A stretch of DNA of 56,008 nt, counting the filler, from Platydemus manokwari (lineage: Eukaryota), in the NCBI GenBank assembly GCA_037951405.1. It is 4 parts of 4 records of this genome, joined end to end, with 100 filler letters (N's around TTAATTAATTAA, not from the genome) between each part and the next. Parts side by side here need not be neighbours in the genome. Positions count along the whole stretch, not along the records: positions 33,898 to 43,692 come from JBBMOY011203766.1; positions 43,793 to 56,008 come from JBBMOY010243338.1; 2 more parts are not named here. One strand, written 5' to 3'. Below are positions 40,346 through 52,320 of this stretch, one piece after another. A program made the translations under genes and the position numbers. The notes beneath the pieces were generated by a model. It was not told where the DNA came from. It saw only the letters and a program-made list of their open reading frames with translations, and ran no database searches. Each line of letters starts with the position of its first letter. Positions within the stretch are counted from its first letter, which is position 1.

Positions 40346-42948
40346 TTATTCATCGTCCTCCAAAACAATATTAAAATCCTCCACTACATCGTCCTGTTTC
40401 TCTGAATCTTCTGGTTTCTTGCTTTCGTCGCCATCGTCCTCATCTAAAGTAATCGAAAAATCTTCAACAACATCGTCCTCCTTTGTTTTATCATTCTCAT
40501 CAATTTCATCATCCAACACAATGGAAAAATCCCCAGCAACATCCTGATTTTCATCTGTTTCCTTGTTTTCATCACTACTTTTATTTTCAGTGTTCTCTTG
40601 ACTGGCAACTTTAGGAGATTCCTTTTCTTGATCAACAGATTTTTCATCTTCCTTCTTTTCAGACTTTTCATCTTCTTTCTTTTCGGACTTTTCATCTTCC
40701 TTCTTTTCGGACTTTTCATCTTCTTTCTTTTCGGACTTTTCATCTTCTTTCTTTTCAGATGTTTTATTTTCTTTCTTTTCAACGTTTTCATCTTCCTTTT
40801 CAGATTTTTCATTCTCTTTCTGTTCCAAATTTTCGTTTTCTTTATTCTCACCATCGTCTTTTTCACAATTTTCATTCTCCTTATTTTCAGTGCTTTCTTT
40901 GTCATCTGCTGTTTCTGAATTTTCTTTATTATCGTTGTCTTTTTCGTTTTTCTCCTAAATGGGAAACAATACAAATTTTATCGAATTGCTTAATAGAATG
41001 TAAATATAAGGTAACAAAAATTTTTAAAAAAATCAACATCAAATCAAAAATTAGCTTGAAAAATTAAAATTACAATGATTTCAATGTATGAAAACTCTTG
41101 TTAAAAAAATGAAAATTTATCCTGGAAAAAGTTTTTATAAAAAAGTTAAAACTTTCGAATAATATGATTCGATAGAAATAATTTAATGTGGAGAATATTA
41201 TACAAATTATTTGAGACGTTTCGATTAAATATAGTGTAGTGAATGAAAAAATATCTCTAAAATTACCTATTTTGTGAGTTAAAGCACAAAAATTATAAAC
41301 CATACCACAATGAATCACGCAATGATTGGAAAAACATTTAACTGAAAATTATTCAAAATACACGATAATAAGTTATCAACCACTCGATATTTAGAGGAGT
41401 GTTCTTCAAAAGTGGAGGACGTATATAAAAACGAAATATCGATCGAATTTTCAAGATCCGGAATTAGTACTGAGACCAGCCATCACCGAAATAGAGCCAA
41501 GATTTGATGTTTTATGCCAGAATATGCAAAACCGTTGTTATTATTAAATATATTTTAGTTTTTTGGAGTTAAATTTTTTTATTAAAATAATTTACTTTAT
41601 TTCTAATTTAACCCCAAGGGGTCACGAAAAAATCTGGACTCAGAAAGTGGGTCGCAACACAAAAAGTGTGAAGATCACTGATTTAGAGTGAATTTTATAC
41701 ATAAATCCATACGGATTTTTTTAAAAAATTCATTTAATAATATTATATTTTGAAAATATTTAATTATTCAAATAAAAATTAATAAAAATTAATTGCTGTT
41801 ACAGCTGCAATTGATAGCCACTATTAAATATCTTGAATCAAAAATTCATATCAGTTTAATTTCCACAGCAGTTCACTCACTGCTCACTAATAGCCTGCCA
41901 ATAATACCCGATGTATCCCGGAAATAATTTATAAATAACTATTATTATTTCACTATGATTAATTGATTAATAATTTATTTATAATTAAAATCAACCATAA
42001 TGATTTATACAAAATTTTTTTTTGAAAATAATTAGTTCAAATTGATAGATTTTATTTTCCAAATCCAGATCCAATAAAATTTAATTTAGAAATCATTGAA
42101 AAATCTGAGACGATTTCATATGAATGAAAATACCATGTGATATAAACTAATATCATAAACAAATTTTTCATTAACTATAATCGAAACTCTGCATAATGTA
42201 AGTAAACATCGATTACAAATAATTACATAGAAATATAAATACAAAAAATGGCATCGGTGAATCATAAATAATACCAATTATATTGATTGCTTAAATCCAG
42301 AAAATATTTTTACATGCTGATAACACACACGCTCTATTTTAATGTACTGGAAATGCATCATTCACTATCCAATTGGAAATAAACAATAAATTGCAGTGCA
42401 TAAAAAATACATTACATCATACAAGAATCAAGTATTATTGAAAATTTACATAATGAAATAGAGCAGAAATCTAATCTTACTTTCAATTTATTCTTTTCTT
42501 TTTTCTTCTAATAATATATGTATTTATAATTTTAAAATTTATTTCATTTAATACCTCTTCTGCTCCAGGTATTTTCAAAAAAATTTCAACGTCTTCACAT
42601 TCGTTAGCAGTACTTAAATCTTCGAAATCCTTAAATCAAAGATAACTCCAAAAAATTATTGCATTATCACTCACTCCTAAATATTCATTTTCAAGAAATA
42701 TATGTGGTGGCAATGCATTAACTTTATTGCTTTTTTTGAGTTGGCTTAGCACATTTGATTTAATTTCCGCATTGTTAACGAAAGCTAAGTCATATTCTTT
42801 GTATTTAATATTTCTACCTTCGAGTATGCATCGAAGAATTTGTTGATTCTTCTTCACCTGCAAAACCTTATTTAAGAATGTAAAATGTAAAAAAAAAACT
42901 TACAATAGTATTTCCAGAAGTATTAGAAATGTAGACATTGATACTCAT
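40346..42948 (-). CDS. SH3BGR: SH3 domain-binding glutamic acid-rich protein (thioredoxin-like SH3BGR domain + acidic repeat tail), ~312 aa
   Basis: Phase-0 exons 42948-42904, 42857-42675, 42629-42555, 42507-42481 and 40954-40346. Motifs INVYISNTSGNTIVKKNQQ, YKEYDLA, LPPHIFLENEYLGDFEDL and FLK. Joining of the last exon is inferred from splice signals and frame. Confidence 0.85.
40640..40760 (-). repeat. Coding 24-nt tandem repeat (SEKKEDEK x5)
   Basis: Five near-identical 24-bp units in the last SH3BGR exon. Confidence 0.95.
41397..41680. mobile_element. hAT (Charlie-like) non-autonomous element/MITE, 284 bp, in an SH3BGR intron
   Basis: Perfect 8-bp TSD ATTTAGAG at 41389-41396 and 41681-41688. 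Imperfect TIRs GAGTGTTCTTCAAA and (revcomp) CAGTGATCTTCACA. Subterminal GGGTCAC/GGGTCGC motifs. Confidence 0.85.
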
Positions 42949-43692
42949 ATCGATAAATTATAAATGATTCATTATTTAAAGTAATATTAAATATAATCGC
43001 TAATTTTAATGCAGTCAAACAAAATGAAGGGCTATAATAACTAGTTTAAAAAAATGAAAATTATACACTTCTTAAATAAAAACTAATGTAAACATATATT
43101 TGCAGTATAAAATAAAATAATTATATTTTTAAAAATAAAAATGATTAGTTATTTCATGTTAATTTATTAATAGTTATTTAGTAATAAAACTACTATAAAT
43201 AAATATTTGTATTTATTTATTTAATAATTTTTAAAATTTAATAATCGTACTTTCATCAATGTCGTGGGGATCTTGAAGAAGATGAAAATAATTTAATTTA
43301 TGGTGGTTCGTCAAAAACTGACTACTCTACTCCTAATGTTATCTGTTAAAGTTGAAATAATAATTATAAATTGAGAGGATTATTTGTTAATCAGATTATA
43401 TGCTAATATTATTTAATGTTTAGATAAAATCTGCATTTATTGGAATACTTATGATTTATTTTGAAAGATTAATTAAATCACATTTCTTTTAATTTTCAGG
43501 ATTGGATTAGGATTATTATTTTGTGAAAAAAATTTTGATTTCTTGTATTTTTAATTATCAATTTATTGCCTTTTGATTTGATTTGATATTTGTTTAATTA
43601 CAGCTGCAATATTGTAAGAACCTAAAAATAATAATAAGTAATATTAATAATTTTAGAATATTAACTAATACATTATTCTGGAGAGTTAGATC

Positions 43693-43792
43693 NNNNNNNN
43701 NNNNNNNNNNNNNNNNNNNNNNNNNNNNNNNNNNNNTTAATTAATTAANNNNNNNNNNNNNNNNNNNNNNNNNNNNNNNNNNNNNNNNNNNN
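43693..43792. other. Assembly gap with stop-codon linker
   Basis: N44-TTAATTAATTAA-N44. Confidence 0.97.
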
Positions 43793-46643
43793 CATATCTA
43801 CAGGGTGGCAACAAAACAATAAATATAACAAAAGAATGTTTTTGCACTGAAATATCGATCAACATTTCGAATATTTTGCTAATAATTAATCAGAAAATCA
43901 TGAAAAATTTCGATTTGAAATTTTTGCCGTCTAAAATAACGGAATAATGAATGGACAATACACGAATAACACGAAGTAGAACTTCGAGTGTGTCAAAGTT
44001 TTTCGAAAAAATATACATGATAAAAATATCTACACAATATCACATGATGATACCTGTATGTTGTCCTTAGTCAGAGAAAACATATACAAATTAATTTAAT
44101 ACCAAATCGAAACGTTTATAAAGGTCTAACAAGATTGAACTCTAATCGGATTGCTGAAAAACGTTGAAAATCCGATCATTACACATTTCAGAAACAATGA
44201 CGAAAGAAATAAAATGGAAATTTGAAAAAGAATTTGGACATGATAATAAATCAATTAGGCAGATATAATATATCTATATGCGTGTGTGTGCATGTCATTA
44301 CTTGAATGTCAAAAGTATAAAATAATAAACCGAACCCATTTGTATTGGGCATACAGAAAACACACTTGGTCAGATCTAATGATCATGAATGTTATATTAT
44401 AAAATAAAAATCTTTATAACGCACATATCTGTATAACGATTTTCTATATGTTTCTTTTATTTTTAATGATTTAAAGTGTTTTCCAATTTGTAATGCAATG
44501 AAAAATGGATACCGAAAATTTAATTTCTAGTCAATACAAAACAAGACAGAAAATTCGATAGAACAGTAATTAATTTTCTTGATGGATATTTCTATAATGG
44601 ATTTGATAAAAATTTATTTAAAGACACTACTCATTATTATTTTTTTTATGAGCTCATAACCACTTATACAAATAACTTTATTAAATGTGATTCACTTGAA
44701 TATTTATAGGATCATTTTTTCTGTTGATCTAATATATCAAGAGAGCCATTTTATAGCCTCCTACACTATTAATTGTTTCAATGTCAACATATTCCAATTT
44801 TAAATAGAAACCCAAAAATCAATAATCGCCAAATTGAATACCTTAGTGTCTTAGCTTTCAAAATAATATTGTTCTGAACAAAAATGAGTGAACTATTTTC
44901 AACCAGTCTTATTGGAGACGGTTCCATGTCAGAAAATATAATATCACTGGTGAGTCTTATATAGCCATTATTATCTTGTCCGGTATTCCAATAAAATACT
45001 GTGCAAGATTTACAAGAACTTTAGAGTAAAGAAAAAATGTACAAAACATTTGTTGATACAGTTACATATGTAAGTAAATAAAATAAAACTTGAACAAGCT
45101 TGTAGAGCAGCTGATTTTCAATATCTAAACTGAAAACATCAACCAGTTGTCGCACATAATTATGGTTCATGAAACTCATTGAAATTCACACATATTATAG
45201 ATGCAGTTGAGACAGTTAATAAGATCGGTGCAAAAAACTATTACTAATCGTTGCTTGCACATTATTGAAAGTCGAACACCATAGTCTGTTAGATTTCATG
45301 AATTTAATAACAAAGCATATTCAATGAATTAATCATATTCTGTTCACAGTTAATATTTAAGAAACAGCATTGAAAAAGTATAAAAAATTTTCCAACGATA
45401 ACATATAAATATGGAATAATAATGTCAATCAAATACGAATTCACGAAAAAGATTTAAATTATCGAAATGATTCAATGATTTATTGCGAGGAGGAAAGATT
45501 CTTTCTCCGGAGTGATTCAACTCATCAAGGATTTGTATGATATTTTTAAGATTGCAGCGTTGAGAGATTAATGTTGTGAGGATTTATGATGAATTGCAAT
45601 TTGAAAGATATAATTTTGAAATCAGATTTTTAAAAAAATATTAATTTATCAAATCAATGGCTCACAAGTACAAGAGACAATGAGAAAGAGATAGAGAAAA
45701 TATAGAAAAGATGTAAATAAAATATAAAGAAGAAAAAGTGAAGATAGAAAAAAGATATAGAGATGATATAAAGAAAATATCAAGTAGAGAAGAGATAGAA
45801 ATGCTCTAGAGAATTTGATTACAGAAATAATTACGAATTTGAGAGAAAATCAATGATTTTAAAGAAATGGGGATGTGAAGATTTATAATAAAGTGCAATT
45901 TGAAAAATTTTCAAATCAGATTTGATAAACTATTAATTTCGTTTGAATAAAAGCCATTAAAAATATAATTTGGTATCGTGACTTGTCAGTTCATTTTTAA
46001 TACCATGCTTTATAAAATAGTAGTGGCTTACAATTGTCGCAGTATATTTCAATTCTTTCAAAAACATTGTTGTACATGATTATAAACGGAGAATTGTAAC
46101 AATTATAAATTTCCAGTAACTACCTGATAATAATAATAATAATAATTCATATAATTTATAAAATATTGTGATACAACAATGATAAAGGGAACAATTGAAT
46201 AAAACAAATGAATTACAGCATTAAGGTTAAATTTATTCTCTAAACAAAAAGAAACCCAAAGCTAAAAAAAATTTTCAGAAAAATCAATAATATGCAAATA
46301 AATCATCAGCTTTGTAATAAAAATCGTATAAAATAATGGATGGTAACTGAAAATTCAATGAAATCTCAATTAGATGGAAAAATATTCCAAGATCGAAACC
46401 GAAAGAAATAATAATTTTATATAATAATGACAAAAATTATTATCAAACATATTTCACAAATCAGAATGATTCGGTAATGCGCGCTACTGGAAACATTCTA
46501 AATTTCATACCAAATCAAATCCCTGCTTATATTTTTCAAGTGGAATTCTACTTGTTTCGTTGCATAGTTATAATATAGAAAATGATTTGTTAGAAAAAAT
46601 ACATGAAAATGTTCGAGTATTTATATATCTATAAATAATGTAC

Positions 46644-47719
46644 CTGGAAATTGGGCATATTTCTATTTATCATTGAACCGTCATCGTGAGGACCAATTGA
46701 ATTCATCATTGGTGTTAGAAATCTTTGTTGTTGATCCGTTAAAGCGATAGTATTCAATTGGGACATGTGAGGCTTTATATCATTAGAAATTTGTGGCAAG
46801 TTTGAGTTAGAAGTGCAAGAAACCGGTGCGGTACTAGTGCTAATTGTTGTGGAAACAGTTGACGATGCCGGTGTAGACTTAGCAGTGGATTTTCTTTTCT
46901 TAGATTTCGATTTCGATGAAGTTGACGTTGTGGTTGTTGTACTAGAATTTGATGAAACATTTTGACCAGTAGGTAGAGGTCCATTACTGGCTGCTAGAGC
47001 TGCTGGAGGCGTAGGGCCCCTATGGTGAGGATACATATTTTGAAAGTTCTGATGCATTGGATGATGATGTGAAGGCATATGGGGATAATTCGGATGCACC
47101 ATACTCCAAGATGGATCACATATCGGGGGACAGCGTGCTTGTTGCTGCTGTTGTTGTTGTTGCTGTTGCATTAGCATAGCTCTTTGATTAGTCATTGTAT
47201 CATGATGATGCGGATGATACATAGGGTGTGAATGGTAACCTGGTGGTGGTGGCGCTCCTATTAGTTGATATGGTCGCTTTACACCTGCAGTAGAAGGGTA
47301 CATAACTCCTGTTGATGGTTCCATTGGAACTGCGTGAGGTGGAAATGATTGCCTAATAAGATTCGGTCGATGACCTGGTATCATATTTGATACAACCGGT
47401 AAATTGTTTGGAATCAATCCTGGATTACCAGGACCGGAACCATTAGCATATGGAACCATTTCACCAGCTGGAAAGCGATTGCTCATAACATCATGAGCTT
47501 GCTTTTCTCTCATGTACTCCATCCGTAATAACTCCCACTGCCTTTGAGCAGCTTCACTACATGGTGGATTATTAGAATCGCCTCCCATCATAAATGCTTG
47601 GAGTTCTGAAGCCGACATTTGTTGATTAGCATTAATATGGTACTGACCAGGCATTTGTTGCTGTTGCTGCTGCTGTTGTTGCTGTTGCTGAGGATCTGAT
47701 AAAAACGGATGGCATTGAC
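46644..47719 (-). CDS. Large internal exon of a Q/P/H/M-rich nuclear protein, possibly BCL9/Legless-like
   Basis: AAG acceptor before 47719 and CAG|GTA donor at 46644. Two polyQ tracts, NLS-like KSKKRKS, and EAAQRQWELLRMEYMREKQ resembling BCL9/Lgs homology domain 3. Coding status is confident, but identity is tentative. Confidence 0.55.
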
Positions 47720-50700
47720 CTTTTAATAAAGAATTTTTCAATTAAAAATTTTTAAAAATTATATGAATTAAATTCGAGATAAAATTTCTAACTTGAATAA
47801 TAATTGAAAAAAATAATGAAAAAATATAAAGGATATTCACAGATAAATAATAATAATATATATACAGCATAATTTTATCTAATACAGAAAATTATAGGCG
47901 AAAAAAAATCCATAATATTAGAGAATCAGAATTTGTTGTTTGCTAATCCAATATTGCCAGCAATCGGAGATATTATTTCTGAAAAACGGTTCACCAAAAT
48001 AATTCAACTAGAACTCGAAATTTACTACTTTATCAAGTGTTGCAGCAGTTAGATAAGAATTTGTTGATATTTCTGATTTGATATTTTTACATTACAACTA
48101 TATATTTATCAATAGATTAATAATACTGCCCCATTATAGGTTTTAAACCATATTTTATTGACAGATAAAATTCCAAAAAATTATAATTTCAATAATTAGT
48201 TTTGTTGCAAACGTTTATCAACATTTTATCTATAGATTTCCATACATTTATTTCTAAAAATCTTAATTAAATCTTATATTATATATATTAGTATTCATTT
48301 ACGGTATGGTTTTCATCCAGTGACGGTTAAATTATTAATTTTTGTCATTTATATATATAAAAATTTACTAATATATCTATCTACTAATCAACGATGTTTA
48401 ATATTTTATTTGGTAGCCATTGGCAACGATAGCAACTATGAGATGCGGTGCAACAAACGAATAAAAGTCTCTTCATTTATATTTGTCAACTATGGTTTCC
48501 TTTTGGTGATACAAGTTTTATTTTGAATCGTATAAGCTTCCAAAGAAATGCATCGCTTTCAATCAATTTCCACCCATTTGATCGTACTACGATGGAAATT
48601 AAATCTTGTTTTTTCAAAAACAAAATCATTTTATGCTTTGAAACACGTATAGAATAATTGTTAGACAATTTGTCTCCACGTTACTATAGTAATATGGAAA
48701 ATCTCAACAAAAACAGATCAAGCCATGGTGCTTATAAAATATTTATATATCGTTATTGATGAAAGTGCTCCAAAAAATCAATAAATATATAAAATAAAAA
48801 AATTCTCAAAGCATTAGAAATGTAAACAACATACATGATGATTGTACACAATATACAATATCATTCCTCGGAAAAATTCTGCTAAATAATGAATTATAAT
48901 GAACACAATCAAGCTGTCAATCTCATTGAACAAACTTATTAACCATAATTGGATCGAATTTTAACAAATTTTAAATCAATAATCCCGGAAAATTGTTTAC
49001 AATGTACACAATCAACAATAACCTATAGTTAAAACTGGTCAATGAAGATGAATATTTTGAAATGTGTTTTTCAGATATCCATTGATTCCATTCCACCAAT
49101 TGTGACAAAATTTTACACTCAATTTTTTAGCTAAAATTTTTATTAAAATCATTTTGATTTGGTTTTGATTATTTGATTATTTTCAATCATAATTTCATTT
49201 CATTTCCGATTTTATTTTTGTATTATCAAAAACAATGAAAGCTAGATCTTGAAAATAAGTGACAATAATTAGATGCCTTATTATAGACTTACAAAACACA
49301 ATAACAACATTTGACTCAATTGGCACAGAAACACCATGCACTGTTATTTTTTATCAATATTTATATATAATTATCATCTATCCTTTACTTTTTACCCAAC
49401 AATGTTACATTTATTAATAACTATTGATTTGGATTATTTACGCATAAAAATATCCTGATTATTATATCGTGAATTGATTTTCACATCAAAATTATTCAAA
49501 GAAATCCTGTTTGAACGTTTTACTAAAAGAATACTTAATAAGTAATATAACTTATTCAACTGACTTTATAACATTGTTATGATTTGTAACTCAGTCCATA
49601 AATTGTTAGTAATGAACTCATATTGATTTTTAGAAATGATTACGTAATACATTTTGATATAAAAGATATTCAATTTGAATACTCTGAAATTTCATTTTAC
49701 TTTATCAATTAATTAGTTTTTGGAATGAATAATTCGATTCAATTCGATATTTTATTCATTTTATCGGAATCATTTTTCAATTGTTTTTATTTTCTTGGAT
49801 CCTTGACACGTAATAATTAAATACAATCAGCTAAATTCATATTAATCAATCGAAATGTTAAATGCAAGTCACTGAAATTATTAAATAATTTTTTTAAGTA
49901 GAAGAATGGCACAATAAAGTTTTTTAGATCTATAAATAGTAACAACGAATATCGAAATTTAACTCGTTATACTGAAAGAGCCATTATAAATTAACAAAAT
50001 AATCCAAACATTGGTCGATAATTTTATGTAATTCATGATTGATTATTAGTGTTTGCACAAGTTTATAATAGTGAAAGAGTTTTAATTAAAAAAAATCTAT
50101 GAAAGTGACCCGTGAAAGCATTAATGAAGTAATTAAAATCAATATTTCGCTAACTATCAATTAATAAAATATTATATAATTATAATCAATATTTATTCTT
50201 TTTCATGTGACTATTTTAATGAATCGTCAGAATTTCAGCGTCAAATTGTACTAACAACTAAGATCAGAATTTTAAATATTGAATTATCAATCAATCCTAA
50301 ACTAACAGATGACATTAAATACAATCAGTTAGATGATGTCAAATTGAACCTTATGTAAACTATTAAAATAAATTGAAAGTCAGGTTTTAAAAAAGTAAGA
50401 TAATTAGTAAAACTAAGAGCATTTTGATATTTCAGATTAGATATCCCAAATCAGATCGAATCAAATTTATCACCAAGATTTGTTATTGTATCCATTTTAT
50501 CGATGGAAATATCTCAGTACTTTCTACTCATCACCATTGGATAGAATCAGCAATTCAAACAACTGATGATTTATGGATTACAATCAATGGCTACTTCACT
50601 CTGAGAATATTGGATTTCGATTCTTTATCAACCATGTCCGATATTTCGGTTGCCTAGACACTATGTGAAGTACTAATTTGGCATATTTCTTCCACAGGAT

Positions 50701-51154
50701 TTACAAAAGTCTCTTAAGCATTGGAATCGCTTAATAAAGTATTAGAATATGCTTTATTCACTGTGCAAGATTTTTACATAGCTATGAACATGTATTTCCT
50801 CTTATATAATTTAAGATTTGTCAATGAATTTTTTAAATATCCTATACAATCTTGCTCACAAATGAGTTAGTCATTTTATTAAAAAAAATAAATAAAAACT
50901 CAAAAGACTCATAAATGAATAAAAGTTTAGGTAAAGTAACGCTGTTGTAAAATAATTTTCAAAATAACATCAATAAAGTTTAGTTAAATTTTTGTGGTTA
51001 ACAAATTTTTATTGATAGCCAAAATAATTTTACTAAGATCATTTCATTGTATTTAACGATATTATAATTGATGACATGGTTATGGACATTGGTCAATAAG
51101 TTTGCCGAATTATGTGAAATATCAAAACTATATAACACAATTTGAATTACAAAC

Positions 51155-51498
51155 CAATATCGTAAATCCAAAACGGGCAGTTTTTCGCGTCGAAGGTGAA
51201 AGCTCCACCAAATATATAAAGATGATCCTTAGATAATTGATGATATTTTTCAAATGTCTTTAGACGATCTTACTTTATATGCAACCATAGTGTGAGATGT
51301 TAAAGGTGAAATACCATCTATGAAACATGACAAATTCTGCCATAAATTTGTATTGGAGCTCAACGAATCTATCGAATTCCAAAGACCGATTGATTTGAAC
51401 TGTTCAGCCATAGCTTTATTTAATGCATGGAGATTTAAGCGCCATAAATCTTTCAAAGTCGTTGTCCAGGTGTAGCCACCCATTATATAAAGAAAATC
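51155..51498 (-). CDS. Kelch-repeat protein (two internal exons)
   Basis: Exons 51498-51274 (DFLYIMGGY...KDLWRLNL...SHTMVAYK) and 51227-51155 (DHLYIFGG...PFWIYDI), separated by a 46-nt GT-AG intron. GG and W spacing fit kelch blades. Confidence 0.8.
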
Positions 51499-51849
51499 CT
51501 ATAAACAGAAAATATTTTTATAATTATTATTCTAGGTTTTTTTTAAAAATTATAAATGTAATCCTTGATATTGATTTATTTATTCTTTGTTAACTTATAA
51601 TTATATAATGACACTTCAAAACAATTGCTGATTTTAAATATCTTCAGAAATCCTACTAAATTGGTTAATATTGTTTGGAAATACTTCATCGATACTTTAG
51701 CTCTGATTTCTATAGAAAATTCTGTCGGGGAAAAAACCTTAAAAAGGGTTTCGATTATGTAAAACCTATTATTTTAACATTTTAACCATCGATTATTGCG
51801 ATCACGATAAATGTATTATTTTGTCAGACTCTACATAGTAGTAACTCAC

Positions 51850-52320
51850 ATTCGCAATAATCGAGATATTTGCAAAATAGCCATATTAAAAAATTGCCTG
51901 AATCAACACATTCAAAAGAGTATAAACTGAATTGTGAAATTTGGATGGAATACAATGATTTTGAGCTTTTTTAAACAATAAAGGCATTTGAAATTTAAGC
52001 ATTTGGACGAAAATATTTCCAAATTATAATATATTGACACACCGAAACAATCTTTGAAACCATATATCTTCTAATACATAAATATCTTCTAACATAAATA
52101 TTATTTTCCAATAGGATAAAGAATCAAACTATATTTCAAAATAAACAAAGAAGCCATAGTTGGAAAATAACAATATTGGATATGAGTTCAGATGAAAATA
52201 TGTGGAGAATAATAAAGAGAGAAGTACAAAAAGTCAAATCATTAAATCAATTAAGGGATGCATAATCGAAACCGAAATCATAAAGAATTTTCAAATTACT
52301 ATAGAATGCTTCACAAATTA
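51850..52320 (+). mobile_element. Decayed Tc1-like transposase relic
   Basis: ENMWRIIKREVQK...LNQLRDA at ~52194-52262 (cf. IENLW..IKR.V). Many stops and frameshifts. Boundaries approximate. Confidence 0.45.

Noticed and set aside
40317-41067. Overlapping ORFs 40317-40547, 40444-40974, 40598-40918 and 40759-41067
   Set aside because: Shadow frames of the low-complexity SH3BGR exon.
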